From assembly GCF_006345805.1 (NCBI RefSeq), contig NC_043006.1, positions 103,602,001-103,666,000 of the forward strand: a stretch of 64,000 nt of DNA, given 5' to 3'. Both the position numbers and the translations under genes were made by a program. This document shows, in pieces, positions 36,990-50,566 of this stretch. How positions within the stretch are numbered: position 1 is the stretch's first letter; each line of letters starts with the position of its first letter. The stretch comes from Octopus sinensis. Taxonomy: Eukaryota. Under the pieces are notes generated by a model, which worked only from the letters and a program-made list of their open reading frames with translations, had not been told where the DNA came from and ran no database searches.

Positions 36990-37790
36990 AAGTAAGTACA
37001 CAAAAGCTAGTTGGTCACTTGATAATAGAATGATTCAACTCTTAGATGGATCTCATGATTCGTAGACTAATTTAATGATCAGCAGTAGATTAGCTTGGTG
37101 AACTTCAGATAGAAGAGAATAGTTTTGTGGCCTGAGAATAATTTAGTTACCTATACACTGAGTGGCTTGGTGATCCAGAGATAGCGTGATTTAAGCAACA
37201 ATAGGCATAATGGATGGGACCGCTGCAAATAATTCGGTGATCTTAATATAACATTGCGTGGCGATTTATAATGAGAAGAGCTTGGTAAAATGTAGATCGA
37301 ATAATACACTGATCTAGATATAGAATACTTTGATGACCTACAGATGTCTAGTAATGTAAAGTTAATTTTTGATCGAAGATCTATTAGTGACTGAGATATT
37401 GTATAGTTTAATGCTGTACAGAGGGAATAATTCGGTGATTTCGAGATAGAGTTCCGAGGTTTACAAATGGAATAATGTCGTGATACCGTTAGAATAGTTT
37501 GGTAATCTATAGACTGAAGGATTTGTTAATACAGGGATAGTTTTTTCTTGATCTACAGATGGACTAATTAGGAAATATACAAAGAGAACAGCTTGATTAT
37601 TTGCAAATAGAATGAGTTATTGATATGCAGATAGTTTACTTTCATCATTTACTGATGCTTGGTTATCTGTAGCTTGTTTGGTGATCAAGAGATAACTTAA
37701 GGATCGAGAAATAGTTTGTTGATCTATAGAGTGAATAATTTGGAAAGCTATCGGTAGTAGAGATAAAATATTTCGTGAACTATATCTGGG
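36990..37790. repeat. Highly diverged ~20-25-bp minisatellite (consensus ~GAATAGTTTGGTGATCTACAGA)
   Basis: Recurring variants gaataattcggtgatctt, gaatagtttggtaatctataga, aatagtttgttgatctataga, ggcttggtgatccagaga, gaatactttgatgacctacaga. Confidence 0.55.
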
Positions 37791-38264
37791 GTAGTTTAAT
37801 GTTCTTCAAATACGATAAATTGCAGATTGAATAAAATCCACTTAACGAAATTAAAATCGAACCAAGATGAGAATCTCCGAGTGAGCTATTATAAAAGGGC
37901 TGCCAGTGATGGCTGTCAAATCCCTGTCTCATCACATCCCAGTATAACAAAAATGGGAGGCCATATTGAATAAGACCGTTCCTGCATGACCTACGTCCAA
38001 AACAATACCTGACATACGTAAAATCATGCATGGTAAACTTTCCTTTAAAAGTCCTCTCTGTCAGTCTTCTCCTAAACGAATTAGCATCAACAGAAATCAC
38101 AATATTAAGTACATTACGACACAAAAGATAATGTTGTTTATAAACCAGTAGGAATCATTTTAAGTCCAATTTGATTTGTTATTTTGAATTCTGGTACATC
38201 TCATAAGTTCTTGGATTTGGTTTGCAAGATTTTTTATATGAGTTCGTGTGTTGAAGCACATTCT

Positions 38265-38532
38265 GTTGTGTCTGGGGAGAGTCATTCTCTTTTTGTGCCT
38301 TATTATTTAACACACTCACCGGTAAAATTTCCACTTATTTCTTATTTTTATTTTCCTAAAATTTTCGTTGCGTTTTGCAACCTTTTCAATAGTTTTGACT
38401 GAAAAGTATTGAAAAAGTTGCAAGACGCAACGAAAATTTTGGGAAAATAAAGAAGGAAATGAGTGGCAATTTTACCGGTGAGTGTGTTAAATAATAAGGC
38501 ACAAAAAGACAATGACTCTCCCCAGACACAAC
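38265..38532. mobile_element. Near-palindromic PLE-type inverted repeat (~126-bp arms, ~15-nt spacer) with two outward-facing hammerhead-like motifs
   Basis: gttgtgtctggggagagtcatt...ttttcaata vs tattgaaaa...aatgactctccccagacacaac. Minus 38356-38392 reads cta TTGAAAA G gttgc aaaac gcaac GAAA ATT T tag. Confidence 0.7.
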
Positions 38533-41447
38533 ATCATACGTTCTTGCCATATTGATATCGATCAAGAATCGTTGAGACATGATCAATTCACAACACCAGC
38601 ACTTCGCAAATATCACCCGTGTTCTCTGATATAGAGAGCGTTTCGGCTGATATATCGAACTCAGATTTTGAGATTTGTGGTGAAACTGCTCTTCGATAAT
38701 ATTGAACATATGAAATATTTATTTGATAAAGATATCTAACTTAAATTAAAATATTTGTACCTTCACAAATTTTAATACATCGACATTTTCACTTTGAACT
38801 GTCTACAAGGTTCGCTACATTCGTTCAGGCCTCTAGAAGTAGTGTCTACTTTCGACTACTGGCACTCCACTCAGTATAGTCTGAGAGAGGATGCGAGTGT
38901 CAGTGGAAGACAGCTTTGTGTTTTTTTATAAGTTTTTCTACTCTCACGGTTGCCGGTGATAAGTTACCTTTCTGACATACCTGTGTCTTTGTTGTTCATT
39001 CCAGTCATTCTGTTGAGTTTACTAAATTCCTAATAATCCTTCTCTTTTGTCACTCCTCTCGCATACAACATTTGAATGGCTTGTTACCTGAAATGCCTAG
39101 TGATTGCATCAGCAACTGAAAACATTCGGAGATTAATTATTGACTGCTTAGTTTATAACTGTTCAAGAATTTTACTTTTTGTTTCACCTTTTTACTATTG
39201 GAATTGTTATCACATGCTGGAAATACTGTTTCTGAAATAGGTCAGCTCTGCGTTATGGCCATACTTTCTCCAACACTAATTTCATACTGCCTCCCTCTAG
39301 CCACCCCTTCTGATGTATATGAACAAAACACCAGGCGAGATAATTTTTTGGTATATTATTCTTTTTTTTTTAAGCATTTCCGAAATCAGAAACCTTGTGT
39401 TATCTGCACAACAAGTCAAAACAATTGTATAGTAGGGTGTTTTTTTCTTTTCATGCCAAGTTGTTTTTTAAGTTACTGATTGTATCTTCATATGTAGCAA
39501 GAGTTGTTTGAAGACATCTTCAATGTTAACAACAATTCAACCATATTAATTATCTATCCTCCTTTATCGTTTATTCCCTTCTTGTCAGTTATAACACTGA
39601 ATCTCCGAAATTTTTCTTCATATTTTTCAGACCGCTTTTATGCAATCCTAGTTTTTATACCCATGGTTAAGCCTTTCCTTTTCATGAAACGTTTGTTTTA
39701 AGACTATATTTCTCCGCCAATTTCCTTGCCTTTCACGTTATTATATTTGTTGAGAAAATTTACCTTATGCTTTGCAGGTTGTGAATATAGATTTTTATAA
39801 CTCATTATAATTTTATTTAATTATAACATGGAAGAATAGGTCCCGTCTTCTTTGAAGCTTCCCTTTGTTTTCTCTATTCACAAATCAGGTTTTTGTTTGA
39901 TAAATGGACTACCCATATCGTTCATTTGAATGTTATCCGACAGAGTGTGTAGCTCGGGGATCTGGGTATTGCTCCATGTCGAACCGCTACTCCTCAGCAT
40001 TGAAAGGTCACAGCTCTGGTACTAAGGCTATGTGCTTAGAATATCAAGACGGGCTCTACAAGCCGAGGTAACTGGCAGGAGATTTATGGTTAGACCAAGA
40101 ATGAGATTGTTGAATAATAGCCATAGTTTTAGTTGGTCAGGTTCGAGAATTCAAACAGAAGGTCTAATGGTTGCTTCTGATAAGACCCTAGAGAACTCTA
40201 CCACTACAGCCCTCTCAGGATTAGCGAGCGTTGAAGAGGGGTGGAAAGATAAACGTTTGCCGAAATGTTTGACATATTCAAGAAGTTGTAGCTTGTAGCT
40301 AGTTATATATCTCTCTCTCTCCGTTGCTTAGTTGTCATTCTGTAGTATATTACTGAATAACAACAGTACTGTTGTTATTCAGTATTACTACTCTGATAGA
40401 AGTAGCTCCCATCAGGATATTTGAATTCTTAGACGTAACAGCTAAATCACTCTCAGATACCTAGCTATCATCTTTAAAATATGGAGCAAGATATTAAATT
40501 AAATAACATGATTTCATGTTTTCTCAAACGCAGTTAAAGAAACAGAGTTTGTAAAACATATATAGAGAAAGAGAGATTGAAATAGAGAGAGAGAGAGAGA
40601 GAGAGATTGAGAGAGAAAGAGAAAAGGAAAGAGGAAACGTCGAAGAGCATATCAGTTTTAATATCACATACTCAGAAGAATCATCAGATTCTGTACAACT
40701 AAATACATTAATGAAATAAAAAAAATGCTAATTACCAAGAAGTATTCAAATAATTTAGAAATCTAAATTAAACAGTAATACAAGAGAAAAAAATTCAAAA
40801 TAATAAATACAATAGATTTAACAAAGAGTAAAACAAAGAACCCATACATAAAATAGATTATACAAAACAAATGCATTTGACACCAAAATAGATGAATGCA
40901 TTATAAAGTAAAGCAACAACATCCAGCTGAATAATATTATGTTCAGTCATTATGTTCAGTGATAATACATTAGAAAAAGAAATACAAAAGATTAAAAGTC
41001 TTGTCAACGATAAAGTACAAAATGGTGAATAAACCTCACGTGATGAAAGAAATTTAGATATTCGGATGCGAATATGAAAGCTATGAACGCAATGGCTGTC
41101 TTCCCGCTCTACGCTGCGTCACTCGTCAACGTCGACTCCAATTTGAAAGCCACAGTAATGTCTTTCATTGTAGTTTTGGTAGTCGTGGTCTTGGACCAGA
41201 TGCATGGTTTACCAACCAACCCACGTGCAGGTTTGTGTTTCACGAGACCCCACTCGTGTGGATGGCTCTTGATTTCAGTGAGCTCAACCGTTCTTTGACA
41301 GGTCTTGTTTTCAGTCCTGCAGGACACACCTCGTCCATAAATCAGATAGTTCTGTGCTGACGACTGTATCTGTTAAACTGGAAATACATTTACAAAACTT
41401 GATCACCAAATTACTATGCATCTACATCCAGTAGGTTGCGTTACATT

Positions 41448-41755
41448 TTGTTGTTGGTTCCTTCTCGAGCCATGCCTGGCTCATAAGGGCTGGTCTCCCG
41501 GTTTCATTGTCGTATAGGTTCCTCACCTGGACGGGACACCGGTCCGTCGCAGGTGAGCTGCAAGATGCAGAAGGAAAGAGTGAGAGAAATTTGTGGCGAA
41601 AGAGTCAACAGAAGTTCACCATTACCTTCTGTCGGAGACGCGTGGAGCTTAGGTGTTTCGCTCATACACACACACATCGCTCGGTCAGAGATTGGAGCCC
41701 GCGATCCCTCGACCGCGAGTCCGCTACTCTAGCCACTAGACCATGTGCCTCCACC
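41448..41755 (-). mobile_element. SINE family A, tail type i, with 11-bp TSD
   Basis: Homologous along its length to 1843-2150. TSD tgcgttacatt at 41437-41447 and 41756-41766. Confidence 0.92.
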
Positions 41756-42152
41756 TGCGTTACATTATATGAACCCGAAAAAATATAGAATCATAGAAAC
41801 TGAAGGAATCCGAGTTATCTTAGATCTGCTAAAGCGGGAACTTACATGGTCTATCGCACTGTTAGAAATAGAAGTAAAATCAATCAAATCTTTTTCAAAA
41901 ATAAGAACTTTGGGTGACGTATGATTTCATAAGCAATAATAGATGGGATGGTTACGACCAGAAAGACTTTGATAACAAGACTGCTGGACGAATCTGATGT
42001 TGCTGAGTATTCAGGGTGGGGCAGATCTTCCCAGTGTAGAGATTTTATCACCTATGTATATTTATGATTTCATATACATATATATATATATATATTTTCT
42101 TTTTTTAAAGTATATTTATTAATTAATTATTTTATTGTTCTATTTTATTTTT

Positions 42153-42239
42153 AACCTGATGAGCGACTATATTTATATCGAAGTGATTTCTCTCCTACTA
42201 TAACCATTTCTTAAACATAGCAGCGAAACACGTATCGTT
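42153..42239 (+). ncRNA. Type I hammerhead-like motif, slightly degenerate
   Basis: aac CTGATGA gcgactat...atagcagc GAAA C acgt A T C gtt: 3-bp stem I, stem II 6/8. G16.2 is A, breaking the ACACGTGT palindrome. Confidence 0.55.
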
Positions 42240-42501
42240 TTTCTACCTATTATATACATTACTATTATTATTTTTGCAATTTATTTAATCTTTACATTTT
42301 ATTGTTATTTTAAATTTAACTTTTCTATTATATGTAACTTTCTAGATGTTGTAATTTAATTATTCATTTTGAATTGATAAAAGGTGGTTTTTTTTCTAGT
42401 TTTATATATATATATTATATTGTGTGAAATTTGATTTAGTATTTCTAAATTGAATTCTTTTCCTTGTAAGTTTGGATTTTATTCCCTCAAATAATAATAA
42501 T

Positions 42502-42945
42502 TATATATATATATATTAAACTACATACGTGGGAAATTCTGTGTGTGTGTGTGTTATTCGCTAATTCCTCCTACATTGTTTTATCGATTTTGATGAAACT
42601 TGACACGTGGGTAGAACTCATGTCTAGAAACATCATGTCATACTCAGATTGCTGAAAAAATTGATAATAGGGCCCATGGATACGATCCTTATATATATCT
42701 GATATATTATATTTTATAAACCAAGTCAAACAACCCATTCGCACCTGGAAGTGGTCCTTATATATAGCCAAGGGAAATAACCCATTCACTATCGTTAATA
42801 ATTTGATAAAGTGAAACTGAGTATGCTTATTTCTTAATATTTGAACTGTTAGAGCTATTTTTGCAAATTTATCCAGTACAACCCTTAAACAAATAAATAC
42901 TATTTTCCTAAACAATATATCTACTTGTTTCGGGTACGTCAGCTA

Positions 42946-42946
<1 letters not shown>
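42502..42946 (+). mobile_element. Non-autonomous Helitron-like element
   Basis: 5' (TA)n-aaa..(TG)n..cgattttgatgaaact layout. 3' cgggtacgtcagCTAG|T at 42943-42947. The subterminal hairpin is degenerate. Confidence 0.5.
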
Positions 42947-42994
<48 letters not shown>

Positions 42995-43044
42995 CTATAC
43001 ATATAGGCATATACGTATATATAGATGTATATATAATATATATA

Positions 43045-44213
43045 CAATGGTTGGACAAAATAAAAGAAACATTAAAATTTCAAACAAATTTATTTTAATA
43101 TGGGGTACGACCGCCTTTTAGCAGTAATTACAGTTGGAATTCTACGAGCTATTGACTCATACAAAGTATGGATAGTTTCAATGAAAGTTTTGTCCATTCT
43201 TCAGCTTAAACAGTCTCCAGTTCTTGTAGTGATGATGGTAGAGCATATCGACTTCTTACTTTTTTTTTGTAAAATGCACCATAGATGTTAAAAAAATATT
43301 GAGATCTGGGGACTGTGGTGACCAGAAAAGATGTTCAACTTCACTAAAATGTTCCTCGTGCCATTCAGTAACAACTTTAACTGGAAATGCGCCGGTACAA
43401 TGGTTTTCCTTCATGGCAGAATTAATAGTCAAGACTAGTTAAGCATTTTACTTGATCAGATTCATCCTATGGTTGCGGAACTGTTTCCGGAGGGAAACAT
43501 GATAATGCACCAATTCACACAGCTGAAAGAATGCAGTCTGGGTCAAATGCTTCTTTTGGCTATCGCCTCACGTATACCTGGCCGGTCGTCGAAAATAAGG
43601 TAATGGAGAAAATAACGTCCAAGAAAATAACATTCTTCCACTGCTCTCGGGACTAATTTTCTAGGTTTTACACCACTCTAAACGATTTCCAACGTTTGTT
43701 TTTGAAAGTCGTAGTTTTCTGATTGCAGACCTCCATGAAATCCGGCTTCGTGCAGCTCCCGGTGAACAGATTTTGTGGAAACCGGATTCTCGAGGTGGTC
43801 ATTAAGGTCTGCAGTAATTTTGGGAGCTGAATTTTTGTGATCCTTTCTAACAATTCGCGTAAGAGTCCACCGGTCCCTATTTGAAAGTTCTGGTTTTCTT
43901 CCGGTGTTTTATTCCGATGAGGAGGTTTTACCCTCTGACTCAAAGACTTTCGAGACTGTATTTCTTGATACACCAAACATTTCGGGTGTTTTTGTTACGC
44001 TAGCGCCTGCCATACGATCACCAAAAATTTGACCTCTAGAATGAATTTTCTGATGATATCTGAAAATAAACAGCAATTTTAGCCAAACATATTAAGCAAC
44101 ACTAATAATAAATAAAAAAACATACAAATAAACAAGCTTTTGAGGGTTTTATAGATATTTCAAAATTATCATGCCATGAGGCTAGGTGTTTCCATTATTC
44201 TGTCCAACCTCTG
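43045..44213 (-). mobile_element. Decayed Tc1-like transposon with internal inversion
   Basis: TA-flanked TIRs caatggttggacaaaataaaagaaaca / tgtttccattattctgtccaacctctg. Minus strand gives ..RLEWCK..S.EQWKNVIF.D..TTGQVYVRR.PKEAFDPDC and KVVTEWHEEH.SEVEHL.WSPQSPDLN. HDNAPIHTA is on the plus strand at 43498-43524. Confidence 0.85.
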
Positions 44214-44267
44214 TATATATAAATGTATGTACGTATGTATTTATATGTATGTATGCATATATATATA

Positions 44268-44310
<43 letters not shown>

Positions 44311-44595
44311 TATAATTAATAATAAGGGTGAGAGAATTAGATACTAATTAATAGTATATTTATTCAACACCAAGTGGCCTAGTGCTACGAGAAACCTGGA
44401 TTATTATAATATTTTATAACATATTACAATACTTTTACAAAACAAATATAAGAGAGTGGTCAATATATTGCTCACTCTAGCACCAGTTAATCCAAAAGGT
44501 TTCAACCACGAAGATACATGTTTCCCATGAAAGCCAGTACGACTGTTAGCTCACACGGACAGGGCAAGTAAAAAATAACAAAAATACAGATTATT

Positions 44596-44673
44596 TTGGG
44601 ACAATTGTTTCGCTATTAATGAATTAAATGTAATATTACTTACAAAAAAATCCATTTGTAGCTCGTCAGCCAA
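44596..44673 (-). ncRNA. Canonical type I hammerhead ribozyme, copy 1
   Basis: ttgg CTGACGA gcta [43-nt loop] tagc GAAA C AATT GT C ccaa. All core bases intact, palindromic ACAATTGT, predicted cleavage 3' of 44600 on the minus strand. Confidence 0.85.
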
Positions 44674-45129
44674 GACTATCTGGATGAAATCCACTCAATC
44701 ACACGCCAGATTTTACCATAACGATAAATACGCGTGTGGTTCAATTGATTACATCCGACGTTATAATTCAAATGCCCCAACAACAGCGCGCCAAACTTTC
44801 ACGGAAAACAAATACAGCATTTAGAAATAAATGCAGCATAATTATAATTAATTAATAAGGGTGAGAGAATTAGATACTAATTTAATAGTATATTTATTCA
44901 ACACCAAGTGGCCTAGTGCTACGAGAAACCTGGATTATTATAATATTTTATAACATATTACAATACTTTTACAAAACAAATATAAGAGAGTGGTCAATAT
45001 ATTGCTCACTCTAGCACCAGTTAATCCAAAAGGTTTCAACCACGAAGATACATGTTTCCCATGAAAGCCAGTACGACTGTTAGCTCACACGGACAGGGCA
45101 AGTAAAAAATAACAAAAATACAGATTATT

Positions 45130-45207
45130 TTGGGACAATTGTTTCGCTATTAATGAATTAAATGTAATATTACTTACAAAAAAATCCATTTGTAGCTCGT
45201 CAGCCAA
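45130..45207 (-). ncRNA. Canonical type I hammerhead ribozyme, copy 2
   Basis: Identical to copy 1; predicted cleavage 3' of 45134. Confidence 0.85.
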
Positions 45208-45662
45208 GACTATCTGGATGAAATCCACTCAATCACACGCCAGATTTTACCATAACGATAAATACGCGTGTGGTTCAATTGATTACATCCGACGTTATAA
45301 TTCAAATGCCCCAACCAACAGCGCGCCAAACTTTCACGGAAAACAAATACAGCATTTAGAAATAAATGCAGCATAATTATAATTAATTAATAAGGGTGAG
45401 AGAATTAGATACTATTTAATAGTATATTTATTCAACACCAAGTGGTCTAGTGCTACGAGAAACCGGATTATTATAATATTTTATAACATATTACAATACT
45501 TTTACAAAACAAATATAAGAGAGTGGTCAATATATTGCTCACTCTAGCACCAGTTAATCCAAAAGGTTTCAACCACGAAGATACATGTTTCCCATGAAAG
45601 CCAGTACGACTGTTAGCTCACACGGACAGGGCAAGTAAAAAATAACAAAAATACAGATTATT

Positions 45663-45740
45663 TTGGGACAATTGTTTCGCTATTAATGAATTAAATGTAA
45701 TATTACTTACAAAAAAATCCATTTGTAGCTCGTCAGCCAA
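45663..45740 (-). ncRNA. Canonical type I hammerhead ribozyme, copy 3
   Basis: Identical to copy 1; predicted cleavage 3' of 45667. Confidence 0.85.
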
Positions 45741-46160
45741 GACTATCTGGATGAAATCCACTCAATCACACGCCAGATTTTACCATAACGATAAATACGC
45801 GTGTGGTTCAATTGATTACATCCGACGTTATAATTCAAATGCCCCAACCAACAGCGCGCCAAACTTTCACGGAAAACAAATACAGCATTTAGAAATAAAT
45901 GCAGCATAATTATAATTAATTAATTTAGGGTGAGAGAATTAGATACTAATTTAATAGTATATTTATTCAACACCAAGTGGCCTAGTGCTACGAGAAACCG
46001 GATTATTATAATATTTTATAACATATTACAATACTTTTACAAAACAAATATAAGAGAGTGGTCAATATATTGCTCACTCTAGCACCAGTTAATCCGTGGT
46101 TGAAACCTTTTGGATTAACTGGTGCTAGAGTGAGCAATATATTGACCACTCTCTTATATT

Positions 46161-47700
<1,540 letters not shown>

Positions 47701-49439
47701 TCCTAATAGCTTTCAGAATGATGTAGCAGCAGAAATATCACGTCTCCCCGAAGCATTGTCTGCATGAAACAAACCTTCAGAAAATTCAACAAGTTACGTC
47801 TTACCAAAAAGAATTTGCCAAACGTTCTTTGTGAACGCACATTCGCACAAAGATACAAGCACACGTCTGAGTTCGTGTGTTTGCGTGTTTGTGTGAGCGC
47901 GTGTGTGTGCGTTTTATATTTGTATACACACACACACATATATATATACATACGCATGCGTGTGTGTATGTAGACACACCTTTATATATTGTTTTAGAAA
48001 ATGTTGGTAAGATTTCTAAGCAGTACAAACTCACGTTTAACAACAATCGGTTCTATAGACGTAATAGGAAATTAAATTCAAACTAAGAAAACTGAAAAGA
48101 AAAGAAGAAAAAATAAGAAGAATATAGGAAAAGAAAAAAGAAAAAGAAAAAGAAGGAATCGACAGAATAAATTTATGGCTAGAAATCTTATTTTTGGAGT
48201 TGATATTTCTGTTTTGTGTGTATGTGTGTTGTGTGTGTGTGTGTGTGCGTGCGTATCTGTGTATGTGTGTGTGTGCGTGTAGGCTATATTTTTCTAGTAT
48301 TACACTTAGAGTTGTGACATTATTATCATTACTATCATCAACATCGTCATCAGCACTCTCATCATCTTCCAACTGATCATCCACCTCACCATCCTCCTCC
48401 TCCTCCTCATCATCATCATCGTCATTATCATCATCGTACTAGTTAAACACCGGGGTCGATGTAATCCAGTCATCCCCTCCCTCAAAATGGCTGCCCTTCT
48501 GGTAATATTTGAAACCATTAAAGTTATTATTGTTATTGCTACTACTACTGCAACTACTACTGCCACTGCCGCTGTTGTTACTGCTACTACTACAACTACA
48601 ACAACTACTACTACTTCCACCATGAACAACAACAGCAATGATATCAACCATAAGTGACCAGACTAATAATGCAGAAATAAAAGTTCTCCCTCGTGATTCA
48701 CTTTAACTACTTCAGTTCCCGATTGTGACAACATTAATATTACCATGGTCTCCCCTATAATATGCAAACTAGCTCGCGCGTACCAAACGATACCCCTCAG
48801 ATCTTTTCACTTTGACCGGCAGATTTTTAAATAATTTCTTTGTAACTAAACACTTTTAAACTTCGTATTCTGGTAGTGTGTTACATAAAACATCTTTTTC
48901 TTTTGGCTTTCTTGAGAAAATTCTGTAGTTTGTATGCTATTTCTTGTTAAATTTCTTGCATTTCGGCAATTTCAATCAATCAATGACGTCTATTGAGGTG
49001 AATACAATTTCTGCGGTTGTTTGTCAATTTGGAGCACTCGATCCAAATGACTACATATCATCCTGGACTTCACTGTATTGTCAGATGGAACACTTTTAAT
49101 CTCTACGATGTGCATGTATATCTTAATTGTCCTCATTCGCTATAATAAGAGGTAGTGTTATTTCGAAATGTCTCGATCAAGCGCTTATGTATGATTCTAC
49201 TTTGATCCGGAAATTAAGCTGTTTTGGATGAGAGAAGCAGCGAAGCGAATGCTTTTAGACTTGGTGACAGGTCGATCGAATTGCTTCAGGCAGCTAAGGA
49301 CTTGTTGGGAATGCCTCTCTCTTTAATTCAGGAACGGCATCTCAGACAAACGACTGGATTGTGTCAGGCAAGCCGATAGGAACATGTGCAAAAACCCCAA
49401 ACAGGCTCAAAATATACCAATTTTCTTATGGGATTTTCT

Positions 49440-49600
49440 GAATGCGCTAGTATGGACATAAAGCATTTACGTTAGGTCATCTAGATCGTATCTAGATGGA
49501 GCATTTGTTAGAGCAGCAGACAAATATATAGTATCTATAGAATTTCACTGATCGGCTACAGAGACCACGAAATTGTGACCTACATATTACGTCTAGAGAG
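49440..49600 (+). pseudogene. Decayed APE endonuclease C-terminal motifs of a Tx1/L1-type ORF2
   Basis: WT*....SSRSYLDGAFVRAAD..VS..FH, then IGYRDHEIVT in a shifted frame. These resemble the S.LDR..V and (S/T)DH motifs. Flanks 49130-49950 may belong to the same relic. Confidence 0.4.
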
Positions 49601-50566
49601 CACCAGGCTAGAAAGTGAACGCATCTTTCCCGGTGCTCAAGACCTCTAGAGATTAGATTAGGAATTTAGTTGAGCAACAGTCGAGGAGAGTATTAGCACA
49701 AACGTACCACGTCATCACTGAGAGAGACCAGACTAACACAGCACCGAAAAACACCTGCAACCTCAATATTTCAACGGCTGTCAACAGTGATGCATTATCG
49801 CCGCAACCGGCTTAGAACAGATCCATCATTGGAAAGTTTCAGTAGATAAATAACGATAGAGAAAATATCTTAACGGAAGAGCTAAAGAAATTAGAAGAGA
49901 CGATTATGAAAGACTTGCAAGCAGCAAGAAACTCTAAGACAAAATTTTCAGAGTATCAAGCAAGACCTGGGTGGTTTTGATTCTCAGTTCTTTTCCCCCA
50001 GATGTAATATCTTGTACCTATGTAAGAAATTGTTAACAAGGTTGCCTTAGGCAAAATAGTTCGAAAGTCAAATTAACATGGTTTGCAGTGATTAATAGCG
50101 TTTTTGTTTTTTACGTTCGAAGTTCAAATCTCACCGAGGTCAAATTTGCCTTTAACCGATCCGAGGTCGATAGAGAAATGTCCCGTGGTAATCCAATCGG
50201 CTTAACTATTCTACATGTGTCTAAATTAGAAATTATTATTATTGGTGTTGTTGATCTTTTTGTAGTGTTTGTTTTACATCCCGCGGGACCTAATCATAAC
50301 TAGGCACCGGGAGCGATAAAGGAAGAATATCAATTGACATCACTTTCCGTAGAATGATTCTTGCCAATGGAATGTTCTTTTGGATTCAGCAGGAGCAGGA
50401 AAAATTTCCATTACTTACTTTCTAAATGCCGCCGCACCTACTATGGTATCATGTCGAAATTTATACGTCATATCCTATTGAATTCGATCTCTATAGAGTT
50501 TATAATCGGTAATTTTCTCTCTAACTTTCGTGAAGTTATTTCTTTCGGATATTATGATGAGGTTTA

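Larger units (their letters stand above)
44313..46166 (-). mobile_element. ORF-less tandem array of ~534-bp units (3 full + 1 partial) with terminal 71-nt inversion; retrozyme-like / PLE pLTR concatemer
   Basis: The anchor a(a)gggtgagagaattagatac occurs at 44324, 44857, 45392 and 45926. Units are near-identical. 46096-46166 is the exact reverse complement of a unit segment. (TA)n lies on both sides. Confidence 0.9.

Noticed and set aside
39180-40310. Possible decayed transposase/LINE coding fragments on the minus strand
   Set aside because: Only 3-5-residue resemblances (e.g. ISVGESM to piggyBac-type SIDESM); I cannot assign a family by eye.
44313-46095. CRISPR-like or satellite interpretation of the regular array
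   Set aside because: The units are identical over their whole length, so there are no unique spacers. The context is eukaryotic with no cas genes. The ribozyme and terminal inversion favour a retro-origin.
48765-49020. Probable interspersed repeat fragment starting ctagctcgcgcg
   Set aside because: No second copy in the window, and no TIR, TSD or clear Helitron hairpin to support a class.
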